IMG/VR virus record: IMGVR_UViG_3300020147_000003 | Length of the DNA stretch: 64,000 bases | Reading direction: 5' to 3' (one strand) | Source: an uncultured virus (IMG/VR IMGVR_UViG_3300020147_000003) | Lineage: Duplodnaviria > Heunggongvirae > Uroviricota > Caudoviricetes | Shown here: positions 46,600 to 56,706 of the stretch, piece after piece | Numbering within the stretch: the stretch's first letter is position 1 | Layout: each line of letters opens with the position of its first letter | The notes under the pieces: generated by a model | Told to the model about the DNA's origin: nothing | Databases searched by the model: none | What the model saw: only the letters and a program-made list of their open reading frames with translations | Made by a program: the position numbers and the translations under genes

Positions 46600-47157
46600 T
46601 TAATTTGCTTGCCTGTTTAATAACCTTTCAAAAATTCGAACCCTCTGTCCCTTGTATTCCATTTCTCCAACCTCCACCCTTGCCGCAGTTGGCATCTCCG
46701 AACCCTCTGGCCAGATCTCGAAAAGTTGACCTCCAATTTTGAAGGTCTTTATTGGCTTCAGTTCTTTTTTCATAAAAACTTTGTGAAGTGAATATTCACC
46801 CAGGGGTCTGTAAAACCCCTGGGACATTTCTTGTTCATCGGTATAAGCGCTATCTGGGTAATTGTATTCCTCTAGTGCCACCCCGCATTTTTTACTGTAA
46901 CATGAAACCAAAGTCCAGTTTTGACATACTTGCCGTGGCGGGACCGTTTCTCCCAGCGTGGTCGACGGCCATGCCTTAACTTTATCTCCTTCGAGGAAAT
47001 AAACCGTTACGTCTCCTTGAACGGCCATTAAATCGTTGAGGCCCTCGTTTTCCAGTTCTTGCCGCTGGTCAAGGGTGAAAATTCCAGGCAATATTTCGGT
47101 TTGCCCGAAAAGAAAAGAAGGCAACAGGGCTATGACGAAAAGCAGCTTTTTCATCAT
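46600..47157 (-). CDS. Exported hypothetical protein
   Basis: Signal peptide MKKLLFVIALLPSFLFG-Q. Confidence 0.65.
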   Translation of the reverse strand: MMKKLLFVIALLPSFLFGQTEILPGIFTLDQRQELENEGLNDLMAVQGDVTVYFLEGDKVKAWPSTTLGETVPPRQVCQNWTLVSCYSKKCGVALEEYNYPDSAYTDEQEMSQGFYRPLGEYSLHKVFMKKELKPIKTFKIGGQLFEIWPEGSEMPTAARVEVGEMEYKGQRVRIFERLLNRQAN

Positions 47158-47828
47158 AGCAGCTTTTTAAACCGGGCCTGGTTGTAGGTGCCGTGACTTG
47201 CGAGTCCGTACACTATGCCGCCTATCAGCGCCCGGCGTAAAATGGTTTTGGCTTTCGGCTTTTCTCCGATCGTCAGGCAGAGGGTTCCAGTTACCAATCC
47301 GAAATTTTTAACCGCCCCGGATAGGTGCCAGGCGTCGGTTGTCCATACCAAAACAGTCTTACTTCCGGGATAGGCTTCCCGTAAGTCCCCGGCGTCGTAG
47401 TCTCGATACTTGCGCTTCCATTGCTCCTTGCCCCAAAACCCTTCCGAATTATCACCAAAACCCCCTTCCGCATGAATAGCCTGATTGTAACCGTTCGCCA
47501 TGCCAGCCATTCCGAGCAGAGCGTAGCCGGTCAGTTCTTTGAGTAGGTTGTTTTTGGGTGGTTCGTAACTAAGGCCGTGTGGTAAATAAATTACCGTACC
47601 GGGTGCGGAAACGATATATCGGTTATTAAAACCTAATATCGAGGTAGAACCAATTGGAAATGAGTCAAGCGGGATTGACCAAGATGGAGGGCTTACAGTG
47701 ATAAAACCGGTATTAGGGAAACTGTCGCAATCTACCGCCGTGACAATGCCTCCATTTGTATAAATTCCGGGGTCCTGACTTTTGGTTAAGCCCGGCAAAA
47801 AGAGAAGAAAAAAGAGTAAGAATTTCAT
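47154..47828 (-). CDS. Exported/membrane hypothetical protein
   Basis: Start at MKFLLFF; W.RKY...TDAWH motif and TM helices. Confidence 0.6.
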   Translation of the reverse strand: MKFLLFFLLFLPGLTKSQDPGIYTNGGIVTAVDCDSFPNTGFITVSPPSWSIPLDSFPIGSTSILGFNNRYIVSAPGTVIYLPHGLSYEPPKNNLLKELTGYALLGMAGMANGYNQAIHAEGGFGDNSEGFWGKEQWKRKYRDYDAGDLREAYPGSKTVLVWTTDAWHLSGAVKNFGLVTGTLCLTIGEKPKAKTILRRALIGGIVYGLASHGTYNQARFKKLL

Positions 47829-47869
47829 GTGATTTGTGTTTAGCCGGGTGCCGAATAGTGTGTTATGGG

Positions 47870-48481
47870 TTATTGCTTTTTGATTAGCAAATACTTCGTT
47901 CCGTTCCTTGCAGATACCCACTTTCCAGACGGTCTTAACTTAAAAGTTAAGTTGAACGCAAAGAAGTTTCGCAATACAATCGCCCCGTTCGGTTTAGGCT
48001 GAATTGTACCCGTTTTCGGCGTCCCGATGGCGTCAAGTTGCGATACCACCCCATTTGCGAAAGTCACCACGTAGCTTTTTCTATCGCCAACTTCCGGGCT
48101 TTCGATAAGCTGATAGGTGCCATTGATTGCTTGTTGGATTTGCTGAACCAACACAGTGTCGAGCGGTTGCCCTGCGAGCTGTTGGTAAAGCGTGGCGTAG
48201 GAAGTACGCAGGGCTTTGGCGTTGTCCAATTGCTCCTGCGCTTTCTCAATATTGGCGTCGGTCTGCAAAGCCAGTTGAAGCAGGGTTTGCTTCATCCTTT
48301 CTTTGTTCACCCCATCATCAAGAACTAATTGGGTAGCAGTCAAAACTCCATCCGAAAAAGTCTTTTGCTCCAGGTTGTAAGAACTGTCGGCCGGGACCAG
48401 GACGAGGGTGACCGTGGTTGTTTGTTGTGCATTTGCAAAGGCCATGAAAAGGCCCAAAATCAGTGTCAGAAGGATTTTCAT
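47870..48481 (-). CDS. Exported coiled-coil hypothetical protein
   Basis: Signal peptide ending ANA-Q. Confidence 0.65.
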   Translation of the reverse strand: MKILLTLILGLFMAFANAQQTTTVTLVLVPADSSYNLEQKTFSDGVLTATQLVLDDGVNKERMKQTLLQLALQTDANIEKAQEQLDNAKALRTSYATLYQQLAGQPLDTVLVQQIQQAINGTYQLIESPEVGDRKSYVVTFANGVVSQLDAIGTPKTGTIQPKPNGAIVLRNFFAFNLTFKLRPSGKWVSARNGTKYLLIKKQ

Positions 48482-48493
48482 AAGTATTTTAAA

Positions 48494-51400
48494 TTATTTA
48501 ATTACTGCCCAGAAATAGCCTGCTCCGTTCTGGATGCACCGAACACGGCCGCTGTTTCCTGTGCTGTTTTGAAAAGCAATAGTATGTGCAGCGGCGCTGT
48601 TGTTATAGAAGCCATTCGACCCGGACACAGTCGTAACGGTCCAGGTGTCCGAAGCGGGTGTCCCGTTTACCCGTACAAATTCGACTATGATTCCCTTATA
48701 TTCCGCTTTTGGGTTCGGGATGGTCGTGGTGAAACTTCCGCCTGAAAGATTTCCCAGGATGAAATTGTGCCTTGCCGGCAGGCTTAATATCGTATCTGCC
48801 GCCGTTTGGTTTGCCAACTGCTCAAACAGCTTTACCTCCTTTGCCAGGTCGCCGGCATCCAAGCCGACCAGCGTCATGGTTGCGGAATCCGGAACAACTG
48901 CATTTATCTTCAAGCCGGCACCCGCTGTAACGGTGCCTATCTCCGTTACTTCCGCGCCGTCCGTTGAGTTTACAACAAAATGCGACCCGCCACCTTGGAT
49001 GGTTACAGAAAAAGCTGATGAATTATTGTCGGCAATATTGAAGGCATGCGCCTGGCTTGCATTCACTTGATAAGCGGTATTTCCCGAGTTGTGGACCAGG
49101 CGCATGATTCCCGCATCGGTCAAAAGCCATTCTGCCACGAACGTTGCCCCGGTCGTATTAAGCAACCTGAAACTTGCCGTTCCGCTTTGCCCCGCCGTGG
49201 AGCCGGAGCCCCTCGAAAGGATATTTCCGTCGCTCCGGGTTTGGCCATTCACGGCCAAGCGTACACCTGTGACAGCAGCCATTCCGATACCCACCAACTG
49301 CGAACTGTTAATGTCTATCCCCGTTGCGCCGCCGGTGTTCAGCCGAATATTGCTGCTTCCGACCAGGTACATGCCGGTATTATTGTCAGAATTAAAGGAA
49401 TAGGACGGGTTTGAAGCCGTCCCGCTTTGCGCAAGGGTTTGGCCTATATTCGATACCCTGAACTTCTCTGCCGCTGCAGCTCCCGCCGCTTTTAGCTTAA
49501 CCACAAAATCCGCATCCTCGCTTGCATTTGTGGCATCCGTCCAAACTACGTCGAGCATACCGGCACTTTCCAAGTTTCCGGCAGCATCTTCTACCTTAAA
49601 ATCGTAGCCAACGCCGAAGCCGGCGGCTGCTGTGCTGGAGGTGGAATGTTCGATGTTGAAGGGGTAGGTGACGGTGGTAGTTCCGGCATCGTTGGTTTTG
49701 CTGGAAAGCGTTGTTCCGTCGAAAATCAAATCGGCGTCCCCGCCAAGCGTGTTTGTACCAGTGCCATAACCAACTTGGTTTGCGGCGATGGAGCCGCCGA
49801 TGGTGCCTGTAAGCGTTGTCCACGTCGGCGGAGAACCGGCCCCGGCGCTGGTGAGAACCTGGCCGGAAGTGCCTGCCTGGTTATTCGGCAGCAAGGCCGA
49901 TGAAAACCGAAGAGTGCCGGTGATTTCCGTTCCGGTAGTGAGCCATCGTTGTGCTTCCAATCCCCCGGCGCTCATAGCGACGATATTGGTGCCGGGACGC
50001 CAAAGACCTCCGTCCGTGTCGGACGTGAAGGTAAGAGCGGGTGCGCCTGCCGTGCCGTCGCCCAGCTTCAATAGCCCGGTGAGCGTGGCGTTGGGAACGG
50101 AGAGAATGGAACTGGAGTAGTTGAAATTGGCGTCGTGATTAGTTCCATTCGTTCCGGCATAATCAATTGCCCCCACACTCAAAGCTGATATAGTGGAAGC
50201 AACTGTATTAAAGGCAGTTGACTCCGTACCTAATCCCCAACCCACCTGGAAATCTTCAAATTCTTGTACAGTGGCACTCCCACCGCTTTTGTCAAATTGG
50301 AGGTCGAAAAACCAAACGCCTGAGCCAGTCCATGATGTTGAAATGTCTCCAATCCATATTTTGCCTCTTGTTCCGTCATCACCAAACCGGAACACCATGC
50401 GGGTATCGTTGGGTCGGCCTGAATGCCAGGTAATGCCTGTATTTGCCCATGCTCTTGTTGCATAATTATATTGGCCGTGAATGGTAAAACCTCTCTTAGT
50501 TGCAATTGAAGTGAAATTAATTTCTCCGCTTAATTGAAAATTGTAAGTACCTGTAAGATTGGCAGTTGCAGGAGGGAGGGTAATTTCCATAGCTCCTGTG
50601 AAACTTCCCAAGTAGTCTCCAAAAATCATGGGTAAGTATTCGCGATAATTTAAAAGGTTGCCGCTTGAAATTCCCCTTATACGACTATATTGAACAGGAT
50701 TGCTATATGTTAGATTCACCGTGCCAAAAGCGCTGGTTTCTCTTGTTACTGTCCAGCCGGATGAAATTTCATTGAGACCGATGCTACCTGTAACAGCTCT
50801 ATACACCACATTCTCTACACTGACCGATGTGCCCGACGTTGACCACACGGTTGCAAGTTCACCAATCCAGACCTTCAGTTGTCCACCTTCATGCCCCAGT
50901 CTGATGCTCATATTTTGGAAAGCGCTCGTTGGGGAAGTATAATAGACGTTGCTATGGCCTGTCCACTGAATACTACCTCCTCCCAGAACATAACCATTGA
51001 CATGAATAACCGAAGACCTGGAGCCAGAATTAAGCTTGACGTCGAATTGTATATTGGCGACGCTCATTGAAGCCAATGCTGGAATTGATATTTCAATCGA
51101 GCCGGTATTAGAGCCATTTGCAACATAACCAACACCCCCACCGGGGTTGATTATTTTTCCTACCGCTGACTCAACTCTTCCAGCGACGAGCGCTGTAGTG
51201 CCTCCGATTGTAACGTAGGTTCCGTCGTCGGTAATTTGCGAATTTCCAAGCGTAGAAGTCCCCGTCCATTTCGTCATGGTGTTCGAGGTGCCAGTCCCCG
51301 TCGGATAACTCGGCGAGAAATACTCCAGCGCCGTTGCCCCCGCATTTACCCGCAGCAGTTGCAGGGCGGTGCCGAGGGCCGTCAGCCCCGTGCCGCCGTT

Positions 51401-52492
51401 GGCGATGGGCAGCGTACCACTCACGTGCGTCGTCAGCCCGATTTTTCCCCATGCCGGGGCAGTGCCCACTCCGCCAGAAATGAGGGCGTTGCCGGTGGCT
51501 ACGCCTGCAAGTTTCGCCAGGGAGTTGGTGCCATCCGCATAGAGCAAATCTCCAACCGTATAAGAGGAAAACCCGGTGCCGCCATTAATTACCGGAATGG
51601 CCCCGGTAAGGCCCAAAATACCCCCGGAAAGTGTAAAGTTTGAGCCAATACTGATTTCCTCCACCGTCCCGCTGCCGGCTGTATACCGGCCCAAAATCCG
51701 GTTATTCGTGACGTTCTGAATACGGTTGTAAGTAACGGACTGGGGAGCTATCTCCGTGGTGCCAACGGCATTTGGAACGAGTTGGAGGTTATTGTATGTG
51801 CCAGACACATCACCGCCAAACGACGTCAACACTTGCAAAATGCTGGTGATATTCACCCCATCGAGCAGGTCGGCGTCCAAGCCGGAGCCGGACCCGTCAT
51901 TTCCAGCGTGCCAGGGGGTGAAAGCAAGGTCCAAAAGGGTAATGCTTGCATCGTCAATTTCGGTGCTTCCTACTGCATCCGGATCAATATCCCAAACTGC
52001 TCCGGAACTCGAAACTGTAATATCCCCTTTGTCACCATCGGAGGTTGTCAGGTTTGAAATCACGTTGTCCAGCCGTTGCCGGAACCGGGCATCGATAAGT
52101 TGTTGCAGATCGTCCCGAAGGTTGCAGATGTAAAGGGGGAAAAAGAAGTTGTCAGTTGGCCGAAGGATAGCCGCTTCGCTACCCGTTGGAACGATACCGG
52201 AATCGTTGGGATCGTCGGCGGTAAAGGTGGCAACCCCCAAGGAAACTGAGGGCGTGGAGGTAACCACAAGGATTACTAAGTCGTTATTTTCAATCAAATA
52301 AAGGCTGTCACCCGGCGCGATTTCATTCGCCGTCCAACGGCTTAAACAGTCGTTCAACCTCACTGAAACCGTATAGGGGTCACCGCCCGTCAGGGTTTCA
52401 ATATCAACCCTGGAGGCGAAATTTATCCCTGGGGTTTGGCTGAAACCAGCAACCCCAAAAAGCAAAATGGAAAAGGCAATTAGGTAGCGCAT
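48494..52492 (-). CDS. Long tail fibre / adhesin-like protein
   Basis: G/S/T-rich; WHAGNDG.GSGLDADLLDG, LPIANGGTG and G....P..F..D.DTG fibre motifs. Confidence 0.8.
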   Translation of the reverse strand: MRYLIAFSILLFGVAGFSQTPGINFASRVDIETLTGGDPYTVSVRLNDCLSRWTANEIAPGDSLYLIENNDLVILVVTSTPSVSLGVATFTADDPNDSGIVPTGSEAAILRPTDNFFFPLYICNLRDDLQQLIDARFRQRLDNVISNLTTSDGDKGDITVSSSGAVWDIDPDAVGSTEIDDASITLLDLAFTPWHAGNDGSGSGLDADLLDGVNITSILQVLTSFGGDVSGTYNNLQLVPNAVGTTEIAPQSVTYNRIQNVTNNRILGRYTAGSGTVEEISIGSNFTLSGGILGLTGAIPVINGGTGFSSYTVGDLLYADGTNSLAKLAGVATGNALISGGVGTAPAWGKIGLTTHVSGTLPIANGGTGLTALGTALQLLRVNAGATALEYFSPSYPTGTGTSNTMTKWTGTSTLGNSQITDDGTYVTIGGTTALVAGRVESAVGKIINPGGGVGYVANGSNTGSIEISIPALASMSVANIQFDVKLNSGSRSSVIHVNGYVLGGGSIQWTGHSNVYYTSPTSAFQNMSIRLGHEGGQLKVWIGELATVWSTSGTSVSVENVVYRAVTGSIGLNEISSGWTVTRETSAFGTVNLTYSNPVQYSRIRGISSGNLLNYREYLPMIFGDYLGSFTGAMEITLPPATANLTGTYNFQLSGEINFTSIATKRGFTIHGQYNYATRAWANTGITWHSGRPNDTRMVFRFGDDGTRGKIWIGDISTSWTGSGVWFFDLQFDKSGGSATVQEFEDFQVGWGLGTESTAFNTVASTISALSVGAIDYAGTNGTNHDANFNYSSSILSVPNATLTGLLKLGDGTAGAPALTFTSDTDGGLWRPGTNIVAMSAGGLEAQRWLTTGTEITGTLRFSSALLPNNQAGTSGQVLTSAGAGSPPTWTTLTGTIGGSIAANQVGYGTGTNTLGGDADLIFDGTTLSSKTNDAGTTTVTYPFNIEHSTSSTAAAGFGVGYDFKVEDAAGNLESAGMLDVVWTDATNASEDADFVVKLKAAGAAAAEKFRVSNIGQTLAQSGTASNPSYSFNSDNNTGMYLVGSSNIRLNTGGATGIDINSSQLVGIGMAAVTGVRLAVNGQTRSDGNILSRGSGSTAGQSGTASFRLLNTTGATFVAEWLLTDAGIMRLVHNSGNTAYQVNASQAHAFNIADNNSSAFSVTIQGGGSHFVVNSTDGAEVTEIGTVTAGAGLKINAVVPDSATMTLVGLDAGDLAKEVKLFEQLANQTAADTILSLPARHNFILGNLSGGSFTTTIPNPKAEYKGIIVEFVRVNGTPASDTWTVTTVSGSNGFYNNSAAAHTIAFQNSTGNSGRVRCIQNGAGYFWAVIK

Positions 52493-52497
52493 GGTTA

Positions 52498-53604
52498 TTA
52501 TCGGTTAGTCCATTGGAATTTGTGCAGGTGCTTGTTTCCGGACGGCACGTTGGTCATCCGGACCTTTATCACCCCGGAACCGGAAGAGGAAAAGCCATAT
52601 GGCTGCATTCCTGGGGTATTGTCGTGGTCGTATTGGCAGGAAGCCGAAGGGCTACCGGCTGAAACATTGGCATTGTAGATAAGTCGCTGGGCATGTGGGA
52701 TGGCCTCGAAGTCGTTGGTTCCTGCTCCGTTCAAAATGAAGTCGATGGTGCAGGAAGCACCGTGAGAATTGTTATAGGTATCGATAACTTCCAAAAGCTG
52801 AATAACCCCGCCCGAAACGTTTACCGTGATTGTGGCTGTTCCGGTTCCCTCCCCCGCTCGAGCTACTGTGACTGTTGGGGTGCCGGATATGGTTTTGTAA
52901 ATTACCCTGGTAACGTTGTTGGCGTCAGTCCCGGAAACATCGTTCACCGCCGTAATGGTGGCGGTTGAAACAGTGGTGTTCGTTACCCCGGTAATTCGCC
53001 CGTCTTCGTCTACTGTAATAACAGGAATTTGGGTTGCGGACCCATACGAGCCAGGGGAAACGGCAGTAGAGGCAAGTTCAGTTGCACCGACACTTCCGGA
53101 AGCAATTTGTAGGTTGGAAAATGTACCGGAAATATCGCCCCCGGCGCTGGTCGCTGAAGTTACTGGGGTAAAGGCCAGGTCAGCGGCGGCAATGGTCCCA
53201 TCCAGAATTTTCCCTGTTGTAATCGCATTAGGGTCTATGGTCCAGGTGGCCCCGGTTCCTGAAACGGTGATGTCGCCTTTGTCCCCGTCAGTTACACCCC
53301 CGGCTGTTGCGTCAACGTAGGTTTTAATTGCTTTCTGGGACACCAGCTTCCGGTCTGAAGGAGTAGCGAACGTGGCGTCTGTCGAAAAGGCGTCGATACC
53401 TATAAGCCGATCCACCGGGAGCGTATCTTCAGCCGGAAAAAAATGGGAGGCCATCCAGTCCCGGTAATCGGTTTGGGTAGGCTTATCGCCCGTTTCAAAC
53501 CTTCCATGCAGGTAGGACCGAGTTCTGACAGTTTGAGATTGGAGAGAATAAAGGAAGGATAAAAGGAATACGCCCGAAAGTAGAGCAGGCAAAAACTTTT
53601 TCAT
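52498..53604 (-). CDS. Fibre-related protein
   Basis: FETGDKPTQ, SQKAIKTYVD, DGDKGDITVS, ITVD..GRIT motifs; start at MKKFLP. Confidence 0.7.
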   Translation of the reverse strand: MKKFLPALLSGVFLLSFLYSLQSQTVRTRSYLHGRFETGDKPTQTDYRDWMASHFFPAEDTLPVDRLIGIDAFSTDATFATPSDRKLVSQKAIKTYVDATAGGVTDGDKGDITVSGTGATWTIDPNAITTGKILDGTIAAADLAFTPVTSATSAGGDISGTFSNLQIASGSVGATELASTAVSPGSYGSATQIPVITVDEDGRITGVTNTTVSTATITAVNDVSGTDANNVTRVIYKTISGTPTVTVARAGEGTGTATITVNVSGGVIQLLEVIDTYNNSHGASCTIDFILNGAGTNDFEAIPHAQRLIYNANVSAGSPSASCQYDHDNTPGMQPYGFSSSGSGVIKVRMTNVPSGNKHLHKFQWTNR

Positions 53605-53769
53605 TGTTGTACCGTGTTTTTCCCCGCTTTGCCTGCTCCTAAGCGTCTGCGGATTGATAGAACAAATATAAAGACATTCTATTAAAAAAGCGGGGTTTAA
53701 TGCCCCGCCCGTTCCGCCCAGCAATGGCCGGCTCCACGCAGCCGGGGTCTAAGGGCGGAATGTTTCCTG

Positions 53770-54213
53770 TTATTTCTTCAGATTTAGAATACGCTCGAAA
53801 ATGTGCTTAATGTCTTTCCAGATTGGGGTCCCCGTAACCTGCTCCACGTTTTCAATGTTGCTTTTAAATTCAGTCCTTGCAATTAGCAAGGTGACTAGGT
53901 AGGTGACGTAAGGGATGCCGAATACCTTTTCCATTCCCTCTGCTGCCAGAATAGCGATAAAATACAGGGTGATTTTTTCAACAGACCGGCGAAAACCCCT
54001 CGATGTTATGGTTTCACCGCGCTCTTTTGCGGCCATTACCCCGGTAATGAAATCGGCAACCACCAACGCCATTACCAGCCCCAGGAACGGAACCAACGGC
54101 GACAGCTTCGCTGCCAGCCAACTGGCCAGCACCAACAGCAGGCCCAGTATTTCCTCATGTGTAGAAAATTTGTTCATGGAGACGTTTTTAAGGTAATTCA
54201 AAGTTGTTTTCAT
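53770..54213 (-). CDS. Phage holin family protein
   Basis: D.ITG...A....ITSRG...K, E..S..EN; three TM segments. Confidence 0.8.
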   Translation of the reverse strand: MKTTLNYLKNVSMNKFSTHEEILGLLLVLASWLAAKLSPLVPFLGLVMALVVADFITGVMAAKERGETITSRGFRRSVEKITLYFIAILAAEGMEKVFGIPYVTYLVTLLIARTEFKSNIENVEQVTGTPIWKDIKHIFERILNLKK

Positions 54214-54309
54214 TGTCCGATCTTTTTTCGCCTTTTTTCATTGGGCCAAGGTGCTTGATTGGCAGGGGCTACCTCTCAAGCAACCCCTGCCAGTGTCGAA
54301 TTTTAGGTA

Positions 54310-54906
54310 TTAAACCTTTTTCGCTTCGAGGTTAATTCCAAACAACTTTAGGAAGGCCGTCAGGCCCATTCCGCTAACTACGACGCCGAACATTCCGGCT
54401 AGATAAAGGAGCGCCTCCATGACTGTCCAACTTCCTTCACCTTTAAATAATACGATGCCTGTACCGGTGACCAAGAGGCTGGAAAACAACAAAAGGTACC
54501 GGGTGCGAATGGTATTAAAGGCATTTTGAATTTTGCCTACTGTTCCGGGCGGCACGTTTTTAAATAAGGACAGTAGCCTGGTTAAAATCGCCACTATGGT
54601 ACCTCCAGCGGTAAACAGGGCAGCGATTTTCGCTATCCACCACTCAACTCCCTCTTTTGTGTTTGGTAACGGTGCCCCTCGGAATTGCGCCCCGAAATCC
54701 TGGCCCAGGGCTTTGCCGCGCAAGGCCAGCGCCTTTCCTTCTTCCCCGCAGGTGTTTACCCACCGGGTAACATCTTCCAGGTATGCGCCCAAAAGGCTGT
54801 CGTTTACGATAGCCGTGCCGCTGTGTTGAATGTTTTCCGGAACCTGGGCCACGGGGGAAAACTGAAGCGTGATCAGAAAAGTGAGAAGCAAAAAATACTT
54901 TTTCAT
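54310..54906 (-). CDS. Multi-TM membrane protein (lysis-associated candidate)
   Basis: Signal peptide plus three TM helices; next to the holin. Confidence 0.65.
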   Translation of the reverse strand: MKKYFLLLTFLITLQFSPVAQVPENIQHSGTAIVNDSLLGAYLEDVTRWVNTCGEEGKALALRGKALGQDFGAQFRGAPLPNTKEGVEWWIAKIAALFTAGGTIVAILTRLLSLFKNVPPGTVGKIQNAFNTIRTRYLLLFSSLLVTGTGIVLFKGEGSWTVMEALLYLAGMFGVVVSGMGLTAFLKLFGINLEAKKV

Positions 54907-54972
54907 GTACCGTGTTTTTTAGAAAGTGTATCGGCTTTTCAGAAGGCAAAGCCCACCGCCAAACCATTATTT

Positions 54973-55548
54973 TTATGGGCAATTGTCAGTAAAATGGACA
55001 GTGCCGTCAATGCGAAATCCACCATAGGGTTTCATAAGAAATTGCCGGTCAATTTCCTTGTGCGAGTAACGGGGAAAAATCGTTTCTCCGGAGTAATGGA
55101 ATTCAAGGTCCTCGCCGAAAGTTGCCATGCCACCCCCGGATTTCAGTTCGTTTAGCACGTCCTGAATTACATTCCAAATTGTCCGGCCTTTCCAGTCTGC
55201 CGGGTACACCTTTCGGAAGTCGAACCAAACCACAAGGCCCGCTTTGAATTGAAGGCTGGCCAGATCGTTCCGCCAATTGGAAACAGTCACCGGTTCTTTG
55301 GTATCCCAGAAGGAATATCCACCCAGGGAAGCCAGGTGCCTATCTGGAAGCAGGCTCAGGTAATCGCCGCTACCTTGCCCGGCTGTGAACACTGCCGGGT
55401 AATTCAGTTGCCCCTCCCCTACAAGCCGTTGTGCCTGCCCATAGGCTTTTGTCAGCCATGGCAAACCCGCCAAACGCTCATTCAGCGCGGCAATCGCCTT
55501 GTCGACCAAGGTCGCTTCAGCGAGGGGATATGGAACTGGGTTTGTCAA
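54973..55548 (-). CDS. Neck / tail-completion protein
   Basis: LPWL..AYG..Q, FLM.PYGGFRI.G; position in the virion module. Confidence 0.55.
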   Translation of the reverse strand: MTNPVPYPLAEATLVDKAIAALNERLAGLPWLTKAYGQAQRLVGEGQLNYPAVFTAGQGSGDYLSLLPDRHLASLGGYSFWDTKEPVTVSNWRNDLASLQFKAGLVVWFDFRKVYPADWKGRTIWNVIQDVLNELKSGGGMATFGEDLEFHYSGETIFPRYSHKEIDRQFLMKPYGGFRIDGTVHFTDNCP

Positions 55549-55919
55549 TTCTGCAATTCGTTTAAAATTGTTTCAAAAACATATTGCTGAAATCGGCACA
55601 TTAACTCGTTACAGGGTTCAGCGCCAACATATTCAGCGGATTGCTGAACAACGTGAAGGCTTTCGTGGGCAATTACGGCCAATTCGTGAGCGGTCATTTT
55701 TTTCTTTGGGGCAAAACCCAAGTAAACCGCTATTCGGTTTCTGCCGAAGTGGGCAACCAACCCATTGCAAGGCTTTTCGAAAAGACCGTCAAATTCTTTT
55801 TGGTACTCTGGCTCTAACCGGGACTGAACTTCTCTTTTGAAGGTTTCAGGCAAACCGAAGTGAACAAGTACATCAGCGCTGAGTATAGGCAGGGTGAAAA
55901 TCAGGGTTTTTGTTTTCAC
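55545..55919 (-). CDS. Hypothetical protein with HExxH motif
   Basis: IAHESLHV...E. Confidence 0.6.
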   Translation of the reverse strand: MKTKTLIFTLPILSADVLVHFGLPETFKREVQSRLEPEYQKEFDGLFEKPCNGLVAHFGRNRIAVYLGFAPKKKMTAHELAVIAHESLHVVQQSAEYVGAEPCNELMCRFQQYVFETILNELQN

Positions 55920-56173
55920 TATTCTCCCAGACTTTTCAACTCAATCATTGCGCCCTCCAGTTCTTTTTGAAGCTGGTCTACCCTTCGATTCCTTGCCTCG
56001 CTAATGGTTTGTGCAACGATTTTAAGGACCTCGTTTTGTTGCTTGTAATTATAGTTAATCAAAAGGTGTTCGGCAAAACTTACCGCATCTTTACAATGTG
56101 GTTGAAGTACCGGGTCCGGTTTTTCTTCTCTAATGGATGGTTCATAATTGAAATTTCCGTTAAACTCACTCAT
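55919..56173 (-). CDS. Small hypothetical protein
   Basis: Coupled ATG ORF. Confidence 0.55.
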   Translation of the reverse strand: MSEFNGNFNYEPSIREEKPDPVLQPHCKDAVSFAEHLLINYNYKQQNEVLKIVAQTISEARNRRVDQLQKELEGAMIELKSLGE

Positions 56174-56262
56174 TTTCGGTTAATTTTTAAGTGTGAAAAA
56201 TGTGTCCTAAAAAACCACCGAAGCCGTGTGAAATTCACTGAACGGCCCCGGTAGCATCGGTT

Positions 56263-56706
56263 TTAATTCAATAGTTTGTGTCGAACCCTTTCAGGTAGTT
56301 CAGCCCGTAACAGACCGTCAATTAGTTCTTGCTTCGAGCCATCCGTTAAGCCGAATATTTCGGGCCCGTATTTATCTTCCAGCTTTGCGGCCTTTGGGTC
56401 GCTGTTTCCCACGGAGAATTGACCAGCTTGGCCGCCGCTTAGGAACATGGCCCGGTGAAAAGCGCCGGTGTCCTTCAGCGTTACCCGGTCGTGTGGTTGG
56501 CCCTTGGCCTTTTTTATTGCAACCGTATTTACGGAATATGCCGGAGTTATTTTTTCTCCTTCGCTGTCAATGCCGGCTTCCAATTGCGCTGTCTGAAGGT
56601 CTTCCACCATGGCAGCGTTTTCTTCAATCAGCTCGCCCACCATTTCAGGCAAATCTTGCTTCAGGCTTTCCAGCCTTTTAATGATATGGTCAATTCCCTC
56701 TATCAT
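56263..56706 (-). CDS. Tail completion / virion morphogenesis protein (HK97 gp10-like)
   Basis: QL..G....G..I.P.Y...T...K..KGQP.DRVTL.DTG.F, KYG..IFGL. Confidence 0.75.
   Translation of the reverse strand: MIEGIDHIIKRLESLKQDLPEMVGELIEENAAMVEDLQTAQLEAGIDSEGEKITPAYSVNTVAIKKAKGQPHDRVTLKDTGAFHRAMFLSGGQAGQFSVGNSDPKAAKLEDKYGPEIFGLTDGSKQELIDGLLRAELPERVRHKLLN

Noticed and set aside
48494..53604. Diversity-generating retroelement acting on the fibres
   Set aside because: No reverse transcriptase and no near-identical TR/VR pair with adenine-specific differences was seen; the shared segments are diverged protein modules.
53770..54906. Complete lysis cassette
   Set aside because: A holin is present but no endolysin is recognisable in the window; it may lie outside.
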